64,000 bases of DNA, from contig JAWKRX010000021.1 in the NCBI GenBank assembly GCA_041389425.1, forward strand, positions 16,075 to 80,074, in the 5' to 3' direction. This DNA comes from Myxococcota bacterium (GTDB taxonomy: Bacteria > Myxococcota_A > UBA9160 > UBA4427). Shown one piece after another: positions 34,854 through 43,123 of the stretch. The translations under genes were made by a program, and so were the position numbers. Every line of letters starts with the position of its first letter. Within the stretch, counting starts at the first letter, position 1. The notes under the pieces were generated by a model that saw only the letters and a list, made by a program, of their open reading frames with translations, did not search any database and was not told the origin of the DNA.

Positions 34854-36416
34854 TTGAAAGATGCGATCGACCTCACGGAATTCGAATCGAAGCTCGTCTC
34901 GCGACCGCTCCGGAAGCAGGACTACGAAGCGGTCACCGCACTCGAGGCCCGCTGCTTCCCCGGCCAGAAATCCTGGAGCCGCGCGCAGTTCGAGAGCCAG
35001 ATCACGATCTTTCCGGAAGGCCAGATCTGCCTCGAGTACGACGGTGAGATCGTCGCCTCCTCTTCGAGCCTGATCGTCGATTTCGGCGACTACGACGATT
35101 GGCACAGCTGGCATCAGATCGCCGACGAAGGCTTCATCCGGAACCACGAAGCATCGGGCGACACGCTCTACGGCATCGAAATCATGGTCGACCCCGAATT
35201 CCGGGGCTATCGCCTCTCGCGCCGCCTCTACGAGGCGCGCAAGAATCTCGCGCGCGAGAAGAACCTGCGCCGCATCATCATCGGCGGGCGCATCCCGGGC
35301 TACGGCGCCCATGCGAACGAGCTCTCCGCGACCGAATACGTCGAGCAGGTGATCGCCCGCAAGCTCTACGATCCGGTCCTGACGGCCCAGCTCTCGAACG
35401 GATTCGCGCTCCAGGGACTGATCCCCGACTATCTTCCCTCCGACGCCGAATCCCGCGGATACGCGTCCTATCTCGAGTGGAGCAATCTCGACTACCGCCC
35501 GAATCCGGGCCGCAAGCTGCGCTCGGTCTGGAACCAGCGCATCAGCCTCGTGCAGTACCTCATGCGCCGCGTCGAGTCCTTCGACGAGTTCGCGCGCCAA
35601 TGCGCCTTCTACGTCGACACGGCCGGCGACTACCATTCCGACTTCGTGCTCCTGCCCGAGCTCTTCACGACGCAGCTGCTCTCGCTCGTCGACGAGAAGC
35701 AGCCCGGCCTCGCTGCACGGCGCCTCGCCGAGTACACGCCGCGCTATCTCGAGCTCTTCTCCGACCTCGCCCTGAAATACAACGTCAACGTGATCGCGGG
35801 GTCGACCTTCGTCGAGGAGCAGGAAGATCTCTACAACGTCGCGTTCCTGTTCCGCCGCGATGGTTCGATCGACAAGCAGTACAAGATCCACGTCACGCCG
35901 AACGAGCGGCAATGGTGGGGCGTGCAGCCCGGCAGGAGCGTCAACGTGATGGACACGGATCGCGGCAAGATCGCGATCCTCATCTGCTACGACATCGAGT
36001 TCCCCGAGCTCGCGCGCGCGGCGGTGGCGCGCGGCGCGAAGTCGATCTTCGTCCCCTTCAACACGAACGATCGGCTCGGGTACCTGCGCGTGCGCAGCTG
36101 CGCCCAGGCGCGCGCGATCGAGAACCAGGTCTACGTCTCGATCGCGGGCTGCGCCGGCAACCTGCCGTCCGTCGAGAACGCCGACATCCACTACTCGCAG
36201 TGCGGCATCTTCACGCCCTCCGACGTCGGCTTCGCACGCGACGCGATCGCCGCGGAGAGCACGCCCAACATCGAGACCGTGCTGACGCACGACGTCGACA
36301 CCGAGCTGCTTCAGCGCAACCTCCACACGGGAACGGTCCGGCCCTGGGCCGATCGCCGCACGGATCTCTACCGGGTGCAGTGGCTCGGCGAGGACGATCC
36401 GGAAGGCAGCTACTGA
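34854..36416 (+). CDS. Bifunctional GNAT acetyltransferase / carbon-nitrogen hydrolase (nitrilase superfamily) fusion
   Basis: 520 aa from TTG 34854. The N-terminal GNAT segment is '[25 protein letters not shown]'. The C-terminal nitrilase triad context is 'LLPELF', 'KIHV' and '[13 protein letters not shown]' (Glu-Lys-Cys). Confidence 0.85.
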   Translation: MKDAIDLTEFESKLVSRPLRKQDYEAVTALEARCFPGQKSWSRAQFESQITIFPEGQICLEYDGEIVASSSSLIVDFGDYDDWHSWHQIADEGFIRNHEASGDTLYGIEIMVDPEFRGYRLSRRLYEARKNLAREKNLRRIIIGGRIPGYGAHANELSATEYVEQVIARKLYDPVLTAQLSNGFALQGLIPDYLPSDAESRGYASYLEWSNLDYRPNPGRKLRSVWNQRISLVQYLMRRVESFDEFARQCAFYVDTAGDYHSDFVLLPELFTTQLLSLVDEKQPGLAARRLAEYTPRYLELFSDLALKYNVNVIAGSTFVEEQEDLYNVAFLFRRDGSIDKQYKIHVTPNERQWWGVQPGRSVNVMDTDRGKIAILICYDIEFPELARAAVARGAKSIFVPFNTNDRLGYLRVRSCAQARAIENQVYVSIAGCAGNLPSVENADIHYSQCGIFTPSDVGFARDAIAAESTPNIETVLTHDVDTELLQRNLHTGTVRPWADRRTDLYRVQWLGEDDPEGSY

Positions 36417-36429
36417 ATCGGCGGGGGAT

Positions 36430-37764
36430 TCAGCGGGCCGGCTCGCGGCCCGTTTCGCCGCTCTCCTCGCCGCCGGCCTCGCCCGGGCGCGCGGCTGCGC
36501 TCGCGCGGCCGCCGGGACTCGCGCTCGCGCCGTCGCGAGCCTCCGTGGCCCCTCGGAGCAGGAGCGTGAAATCCGCGCCCGAGGGCGCCTGGAAGACCCG
36601 CAGCCCGAACGCGGGCACCGTCGCCAGGATCCGATCGAAGAGATCCGATTGGAGCCGTTCGTAGGCGACCCATTCGGTGAGCCGCGAGAAGCAGTAGATC
36701 TCGATCGGAACACCCTCGGAGGTCGCCGGGAGCTGCCGGACCATCAGCGAATGGCCCGATTGGTGGATGTCCGGATGGCGCCGCAGCAGCTCGAGCACGA
36801 ATGCGCGAAAGGTCCCGAGGTTCGTCAGGCGGCGGCGATCGGCGTCGACCCCCGGCCGGACCTCCGCGGACTGCTCCGCCCGGGCGAGCTCGTCCCGCTT
36901 GCCCTCGATGTACTCGGCGAGATGGGACCAGCGGCCGAAGCGTTCGATCTCCTCGTCCGTCAGGAAGCGGATCGTCTGCAGATCGATCCAGACGCTCCGC
37001 TTGATCCGGCGCGCGCCCGAGCTGGACATGCCGCGCCAGTTCTTGAACGAGTCGCTGATCAGGCGATAGGTCGGAATCGTCGTGATCGTCTTGTCGAAGT
37101 TCTGGACCTTCACCGTGTGCAGCGCGATCTCGAGGACGTCGCCGTCGGCTCCGAGCGCCGGCATCTCGATCCAGTCGCCGACGCGGAGCATGTCGTTGCT
37201 CGCGAGCTGGACGCTGGCCGTCAGCGAGAGCAGCGTGTCGCGGAAGACGAGCATCAGCACGGCCGTCATGGCGCCGATGCCCGAGAGGAAGATCCAGGGC
37301 GAGCGGTTCATGAGGGCCGCGAGGATCAGGAGCCCCGCCGCGAAGTACACGAAGAGGGCGATGACCTGGAGGTAGCTCTTGATCGGCCGCTCGCGGTACT
37401 CGGGATGGCGGTCGTAGATCGCTTCGGCCGCCGCGAGAAAGCTCGTGAGCGCGAGCGCGCCGACGAGGATCATGACGGAGATGGCCGCACGGCGGCCGAG
37501 ATCGACGACGGGATCGGGCAGGCCCTCGATCAGCTCGAGGCCCTGGAAGACGACGAAGGCCGGGGCGATGTGCGCCAGGCGCGCGAAGAAGCGGGCCTCG
37601 AGCAGCGCGTCGTCCCAATGCGTCGAAGATCGCTCGACCAGCCGGCGAACGGCCCGCAGCAGCCCCCAGCGGACGACGAAATAGACCAGCGTCGCCGCGA
37701 GCATCACGAGGCCGATGTCGGCGAGCTGGACGAGGCCCGTGCGGCTCAGAAGCCCGGATGTCAT
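36430..37764 (-). CDS. MscS-family mechanosensitive channel
   Basis: Start ATG at 37764 (MTSGLLSRTGLVQ...). The pore and beta domain read 'LSGIGAMTAVLMLVFRDTLLSLTASVQLASNDMLRVGDWIEM...GDVLEIALHTVKVQNFDKTITTIPT'. The start overlaps the K+ channel stop (ATGA). Confidence 0.85.
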   Translation of the reverse strand: MTSGLLSRTGLVQLADIGLVMLAATLVYFVVRWGLLRAVRRLVERSSTHWDDALLEARFFARLAHIAPAFVVFQGLELIEGLPDPVVDLGRRAAISVMILVGALALTSFLAAAEAIYDRHPEYRERPIKSYLQVIALFVYFAAGLLILAALMNRSPWIFLSGIGAMTAVLMLVFRDTLLSLTASVQLASNDMLRVGDWIEMPALGADGDVLEIALHTVKVQNFDKTITTIPTYRLISDSFKNWRGMSSSGARRIKRSVWIDLQTIRFLTDEEIERFGRWSHLAEYIEGKRDELARAEQSAEVRPGVDADRRRLTNLGTFRAFVLELLRRHPDIHQSGHSLMVRQLPATSEGVPIEIYCFSRLTEWVAYERLQSDLFDRILATVPAFGLRVFQAPSGADFTLLLRGATEARDGASASPGGRASAAARPGEAGGEESGETGREPAR

Positions 37765-38669
37765 GCTGCCCCCCCATCGCTGCGCAGCAGCGGAACACCG
37801 CAGCGACGACAGAAGCGCGCCTCGGGCTCCCGGTCGACGGAGCCGCAATCGCCGCACGTCTGCACGCCCCCGGATGCGACCGAAAAGACCAGCGCGCCCG
37901 ACGCGCTTGATGCGCCGGATGCGCCCGACGAATCACGCGAGGAAGCTGCGATTTCGGCAGTGATGATGCCCGTCGGGACCGCGATGATCCCGTAGCCCAT
38001 GATCATGACGATCGAAGCGAGGGTTCGTCCGAGCGCGGTCTGGGGCGTGATGTCGCCGAAGCCGACGGTCGTCAAGGTCACGATCGCCCAGTAGATCCCG
38101 CTGGGAATGCTGGTGAATCCGTGCTCCGGCCCCTCGATCATGTACATCAGCGAACCGACCACGACGACGATGCTGACGATCGCGACGAGGAAGACCGAGA
38201 TCTTGAAGCGGGAGGCGTTCAGCGCCGAGAGCAGCACGTTCGCCTCGCTCGTGTAGCGCGCGAGCTTGAAGACCCGGAACACGCGGATCACGCGGAGGAT
38301 CCGGACGACCGTCAGGAAATGGCCTCCGGGCAGTACGAGGCTCAAATAGGCCGGGAGGACGGAGAGGACGTCGACGACGCCGAAGAAGCTCCGCGCATAG
38401 GCCCCCGGATTGCGCAGACAGGCGAGGCGCGCGACGTATTCGACCGTGAAGAGGGCCGTGAAGAGCCACTCGCAGGCGACGAGCACGCCGGCATGCCGGA
38501 GGCGGATCTCGGGCACCGATTCGAGCAGGACGGCGAGGACGCTCGCCAGGATCGCCGCGATCAGGACCGCATCGAAGACCCGGCCCCAGCCCGGCTCGCT
38601 CTCGAAGATGACGTGATAGGCACCGAATCGCAGGCTGCCCGGATCGCCCGCCGGCTCGAGTTTCGTCAT
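37761..38669 (-). CDS. Voltage-gated-type K+ channel (6TM) with C-terminal zinc-ribbon tail
   Basis: Start ATG at 38669 (MTKLEPAGD...). The S4 segment is 'VVRILRVIRVFRVFKLARY', the selectivity filter is 'TLTTVGFGD' and the C-terminus is 'CGDCGSVDREPEARFCRRCG'. Confidence 0.9.
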   Translation of the reverse strand: MTKLEPAGDPGSLRFGAYHVIFESEPGWGRVFDAVLIAAILASVLAVLLESVPEIRLRHAGVLVACEWLFTALFTVEYVARLACLRNPGAYARSFFGVVDVLSVLPAYLSLVLPGGHFLTVVRILRVIRVFRVFKLARYTSEANVLLSALNASRFKISVFLVAIVSIVVVVGSLMYMIEGPEHGFTSIPSGIYWAIVTLTTVGFGDITPQTALGRTLASIVMIMGYGIIAVPTGIITAEIAASSRDSSGASGASSASGALVFSVASGGVQTCGDCGSVDREPEARFCRRCGVPLLRSDGGAA

Positions 38670-38718
38670 GGGTCTCCGCTCGTCTCGGCCGCGCGCCGCG
38701 GCTCGGCGAAGCGCGATC

Positions 38719-38916
38719 CTAGTGTCCCATCCAGGAAATACGCTTGCATTCGAACGCGCCGTCGGGCCGCTCGCCGCGTTGCGCTCCCTCACCATGACGA
38801 CGGCCATGGCTCGGTCGCGCGCCTTGCGAGCGGCCCGACGGCACGTTCTCGGTGCACTCCGGGGTGCTTCTGTGTCCCCACGACTTCGACAGCGTATTTC
38901 CCGGATGGGACACTAG
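38719..38916. repeat. 198-bp nested inverted-repeat element (MITE-like or structured RNA) between mscS and the K+ channel gene
   Basis: The outer arms 38719-38744 'ctagtgtcccatccaggaaatacgct' and 38891-38916 match in 25/26 positions. The inner arms 38758-38774 'gccgtcgggccgctcgc' and 38826-38842 match in 17/17. Confidence 0.8.
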
Positions 38917-38926
38917 CGAACGTGCG

Positions 38927-39880
38927 TCACGCCGGCGGATCCTCGTGCGATCGCCTTCCCCGGGCGTCGGCACCGCGGCGGAGCAGGACGGCGGGGGCTT
39001 CGATCGAATGCAGGCGGAAGGCCTCGAGCACGCGCAGGTGGACGTCCGTCTCGAAGGGCTTTTCGTAGCGACAGTCGAAGACGTAGGGACGCGCCTTGAG
39101 ATGGATCGCGAAATAATCCTGGAGGATCTCCTGCTTCACCAGCACGGGGACCGGATGCTCGAGGAACACGTACGGGCTCGTGAGACAGGCCTCCCGCACG
39201 ATTTCGATCGCCTTCTGGACGTCCTGATCCACACCGACGTAGAAATCCATCGGGACCTGCATCTCGAGCAGACCGTAGTTCCCGCTCGCCGGGACGTCGG
39301 TGAAGATGCGGTTGTTCGGGATCGTGATGACGTTGTGGTCGAGGGTGTTCATGCGCACGCTGCGCAGGCCGATCTTCGTGATGTCGCCGTACTCGCCGCC
39401 GTACGACACGCGATCGCCCACCTGGAACGGGCGATCGAACATGATCGTGATGCCGGCGATGACGGAGGCGACGAGATCGCGCAGCGCGAAGCCGACGGCG
39501 AAGGCGAGCGCGCCGCCGATGACGGTCAGCGCCGTCGCGTCGAGGCGGATCGAGAGGCCGGTGACGATCACCAGCGTGACCAGATAGATCAGGAACCGGA
39601 TCGAGGTCTGGACCTTCTGGATCGTCGGACGATGGCCCGTGAACCGCTCGCCCAGCTGGTTCCCGAAGCCCTCGACGAGGCGGATCGCGAAATACGCCAG
39701 GAAGAGCACGGGGATCGAAGCCGTGACGCCTCCCCATTGGATCAGCTCCGCGATCTGTCCGATGTCGGGCGCGTCCTGCGCGTGCGCCGGGCCCGCCGCC
39801 GCGAGGGCAGCGATCGCTCCGGGCAGGAACGCGAGGCGGCTTCGCGCGGGCGTTCGTCTTCTCTTGGTTGCGCTCTTCAT
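38927..39880 (-). CDS. MscS-family mechanosensitive channel (small, signal-peptide bearing)
   Basis: Start ATG at 39880 (MKSATKRRRTPARSRLAFLPGAIAALAAAGPAHAQ). The core is 'VIGGALAFAVGFALRDLVASVIAGITIMFDRPFQVGDRVSYGGEYGDITKIGLRSVRMNTLDHNVITIPNN'. The start overlaps the upstream stop (ATGA 39877-39880). Confidence 0.9.
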   Translation of the reverse strand: MKSATKRRRTPARSRLAFLPGAIAALAAAGPAHAQDAPDIGQIAELIQWGGVTASIPVLFLAYFAIRLVEGFGNQLGERFTGHRPTIQKVQTSIRFLIYLVTLVIVTGLSIRLDATALTVIGGALAFAVGFALRDLVASVIAGITIMFDRPFQVGDRVSYGGEYGDITKIGLRSVRMNTLDHNVITIPNNRIFTDVPASGNYGLLEMQVPMDFYVGVDQDVQKAIEIVREACLTSPYVFLEHPVPVLVKQEILQDYFAIHLKARPYVFDCRYEKPFETDVHLRVLEAFRLHSIEAPAVLLRRGADARGRRSHEDPPA

Positions 39881-42800
39881 TGCGCCCTCATCAGGCGGCG
39901 GCGCTCGAGCAGGCGCATGACCGGGCGCAGCCAGCTCCAGGCGACGCGGATGCGTCCGTTCTCCGCGACGAACAGACCCTTCGCTTCGCCGAAACGGATC
40001 ATGTCGAGGACGTCCGCCGCGGGCAGTCGGGTCGTCTGCGCCAGATCCTCGGGCGTCGAGGGCGTCGACTGGACGATGGCGCGCAGGACGAACAGCGCCG
40101 CATCCGGGAGCGCTTCGAGCAACGACGCATCGGGCACCTGGAGCGAGCGGACGCGAACGCTCCCCGCGGCATCCTGGGCGAGCGACGACCGCCAGACCTC
40201 GAGCGCGATGCCCGGATTGCCGCCCGAATGATCCCAGAGCATGCGCTCGTAGCCCGCGCGCTTTGCCTGCACGGCGTCGTAGCGATCGAGCTCGTCGGCA
40301 CCGAGCGGGAGGCGATCGATCAGATCGTCGAAGACCGGCGTGATCTCCGCCCGGCTGCAGCGCTGCATCAGCAGGGCGCCGATCTGCGCTTCGTTCCAGG
40401 GCTCGAGCTCGAGGACTTCGTCGAAGAGCGGTCGCGAATCCCGCGAGCGCTCGAGGTAGGGCCAGACGGACGCATCGATCGCGAAGACCCAGAGCGTCCG
40501 CTCGTCGTTCGCGCGCGCGAACATGCTGATCTCGTCGAAGACGTGCAGGCCGCCGATGACGAGCCGGACGAGCGCGTGGGCATCGTCGAGCATCACCAGC
40601 GCCGGAAGGGCATCGGGAGCACCGGCGCCGCGAAAGGCAGCCGAATCGCTCGATCCGGACGAGCCGTCCGAGCCCCCCGATTGCTCCGATTCCGTCGCCT
40701 CTTCGCGCGCGAGCGCGGCCCGGACCACCTCGAGGGTCGTGTCCGGGCGGCAGGTGACCGTCACGCTGCCATCGATGCGCGCCCTCGCCTCGCGCACGAT
40801 CGCCGACTTCCCCATGCCCCGGCTGCCGATGACGGCGACGACGCCTCCCCTCTTCTTCAGGGCGCGGTCGACGAGGGATTTCAGCACGTCGTCCGCCGGC
40901 GACGACAGCCAGCGCTCGTGGGGCCGTTCCGGATGGAGCAGCTCGAGCGTCTCGGGCTCGATCGGACGGAGCACCGAGCCCCGGTTCGTCTCTCCCTTGC
41001 GTTCGATCTCGAGCTGGAAGAGGTAGGCGTGGACCCGCCTCGCGGTCTCGAATCCGGACATCCAGCGTGCGACGACCTTGCGCGTCTGGGTCACGACGAG
41101 ATGGACCCCGCCCACCATCGCCGCCAGGAAGCTCTGCCATCCCTCCCGGTTCGCGAGGACCCAGGCCTCCAGCTTCGACTTGCGCCGCACGCGATCGATC
41201 CGCGAGAAGATCGCCCCGCGCCACCAGCGGATGAGCACCAGGAAGACGGGAATCGCCGCGAACCAGCAGAGGGAGAAGGCCCAGCTGTAGATCGTTCCCC
41301 GTCCGACCAGCCGGTCGCTCAAGACCAGCACGAGCGCGAACACGACGATCGTCTTCCCGACGAACCCGAGCGAGCGCAAACGGAGCTCGGCGATCGCCTT
41401 GTCTTCGTAGACGGCGGTCGTCCCGGAGACGGCCGCGATCGCGTTGAGCGCGCCCACGACCAGCCGCCCGCCCAGGATCCAGCCGGCGACCGACGTCGCG
41501 ATCTGGACCTCCAGCAGGTCGAACGCCCGGTCGGGCAGCAGCCAGAGCGTGCCCGCGAAGAACAAGATCCATTCGAGCGAGCCATGGACACGGCCGAGCA
41601 CGGTCATCGCGCGCGTCTGCGGGCTCGGGAACGTTCGCCGCGCGGCGCGGTCGGCGGCGACGAGGCGAAGCTGCGCGGCCCGAGCGAGCGCGGGCGTGCG
41701 GCGCCGGAGCGAGAGGAACACGGCGGCGAAGATCGTCCAGGGAACCAGGACCCGGGCAGTGTCCCAGGCATGGGCGACGGTGGGGCCCCCGTTTCGCAGG
41801 TCCGTGACCCAGGTCCGGAAGGCGTGCTCGTGGTATCGCAGGACGAGAGAGAGGTGGCGCACCTCGGCGCGGGCCTGATCGAAGCCCGCGGCGGTGAGGC
41901 CGACGATCGCTCCGCGCTTTTCCGAAGAGAGCCCGGACAGCAGGCCGAGGCGCTCCCGATTCAACGCGTCGATCTCGAACATCAGGGCTTCGGCGCGCGC
42001 CTTCCGAAGCTCCCGCTCGGCGCGCTGCGCGGCGGCGATCTCCCCGGCGAGCGCGACCCGCCGCTGGCGGACATGGCTCGCATCGATGTCGTCGGGCACT
42101 GCGCTCAGCGCGTCTTCGCCCAGCTCGGGCGCTCCGGAATCCTGCGATCGAAGCGACGAGAGCGCAGCGTCGAAATCGTCGCGCGCGCTCCGCAGGGCAT
42201 GGCGAAGCGCATCGTAGGTCTCGTCCGCCACGGCGTGGGATCCGCCCTCGGCTTCGCGCACGCGGCGCTGCCATCCGAGCACGACGTCGCGGCGCTCGGC
42301 GAGGGCCGCGCGGCTCTTCTCGAGCTCGGCGACGAAACGCCCGACGCGCTCGCCCACGGCGATCAGCCTCGCCTCCTCCTCGCGGACCAGCCGCTCGGCC
42401 TCCGTCCGGGCGATCCGCGCCGCCTCGAGCGCCCGCTGGCGCTCTTCCTCCGCTTCACGGATGCGCCGCGCCTCCGGGCTCTCGCGCGGAATCGCCGCCT
42501 CCTGCCGATCGGCGTGGATCCGGAGGAGTTCGTCGCGCCGCTCGCGCGGGAGGGAGAGGAAGGCGAGCCTTGCGCGGTCCAGCCCGATCCGGCGCTGCCA
42601 TTCACCGGTCGCGAGCTCGGCCAGATCGCCCTGCAAGCGGATCTGCGCCGGACCCGGTGCGGGCGGCGGGGCCGCCGCGCGACCGCGACCGGCGGCGGCG
42701 GAATCGGGCTCGGGAGCGGGAGCGACCGGCTCGGCAGCGGCTTCGGCGGCCCCGACGACGAGGGCGAGCCGCGCCTTCTCGATCGCGATCTCCGACTCGT

Positions 42801-43080
42801 CTCCGAGCGCGACGTCGAAGAGCGAAGCGGGGTCGATCGCGACGTCGAGCGCGCCTTCGAGCAGGGATCGGATCTGGATCGTGCGGGGGTCGTCGCTCGC
42901 CGCGGCCTCCGCATCCGCCGGCTCGCCGCCCGCCGTCCGGACGGCTGCAGTCGCGGGGCCCGATGCCGACACGTCGACCGGCGGCTCCGTCTGGGCAGCG
43001 GCCGCGCCGGCCGTCAGGGCCCAGAGCACTCCGAGGAGGAAAGCCGGCTTCGAAATCGAGCCGAGTCGCTGGGCCTGCAT
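39877..43080 (-). CDS. Large membrane protein: signal peptide, periplasmic coiled coil, about 6 TM helices, cytoplasmic P-loop (ORC/STAND-like AAA) ATPase and C-terminal winged-helix-like domain
   Basis: 1067 aa. The N-terminus is 'MQAQRLGSISKPAFLLGVLWALTAGAAAAQ'. A heptad-rich, E/R/A-rich stretch spans about aa 150-430. A TM cluster spans about aa 455-700. Walker A is 'VIGSRGMGKSAI' and Walker B is 'ALVMLDDAHAL'. Confidence 0.8.
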   Translation of the reverse strand: MQAQRLGSISKPAFLLGVLWALTAGAAAAQTEPPVDVSASGPATAAVRTAGGEPADAEAAASDDPRTIQIRSLLEGALDVAIDPASLFDVALGDESEIAIEKARLALVVGAAEAAAEPVAPAPEPDSAAAGRGRAAAPPPAPGPAQIRLQGDLAELATGEWQRRIGLDRARLAFLSLPRERRDELLRIHADRQEAAIPRESPEARRIREAEEERQRALEAARIARTEAERLVREEEARLIAVGERVGRFVAELEKSRAALAERRDVVLGWQRRVREAEGGSHAVADETYDALRHALRSARDDFDAALSSLRSQDSGAPELGEDALSAVPDDIDASHVRQRRVALAGEIAAAQRAERELRKARAEALMFEIDALNRERLGLLSGLSSEKRGAIVGLTAAGFDQARAEVRHLSLVLRYHEHAFRTWVTDLRNGGPTVAHAWDTARVLVPWTIFAAVFLSLRRRTPALARAAQLRLVAADRAARRTFPSPQTRAMTVLGRVHGSLEWILFFAGTLWLLPDRAFDLLEVQIATSVAGWILGGRLVVGALNAIAAVSGTTAVYEDKAIAELRLRSLGFVGKTIVVFALVLVLSDRLVGRGTIYSWAFSLCWFAAIPVFLVLIRWWRGAIFSRIDRVRRKSKLEAWVLANREGWQSFLAAMVGGVHLVVTQTRKVVARWMSGFETARRVHAYLFQLEIERKGETNRGSVLRPIEPETLELLHPERPHERWLSSPADDVLKSLVDRALKKRGGVVAVIGSRGMGKSAIVREARARIDGSVTVTCRPDTTLEVVRAALAREEATESEQSGGSDGSSGSSDSAAFRGAGAPDALPALVMLDDAHALVRLVIGGLHVFDEISMFARANDERTLWVFAIDASVWPYLERSRDSRPLFDEVLELEPWNEAQIGALLMQRCSRAEITPVFDDLIDRLPLGADELDRYDAVQAKRAGYERMLWDHSGGNPGIALEVWRSSLAQDAAGSVRVRSLQVPDASLLEALPDAALFVLRAIVQSTPSTPEDLAQTTRLPAADVLDMIRFGEAKGLFVAENGRIRVAWSWLRPVMRLLERRRLMRAQ

Positions 43081-43123
43081 AGCATCAGACGCTACCTCGG
43101 TCGTCGATCGCGAACAACCGAGA

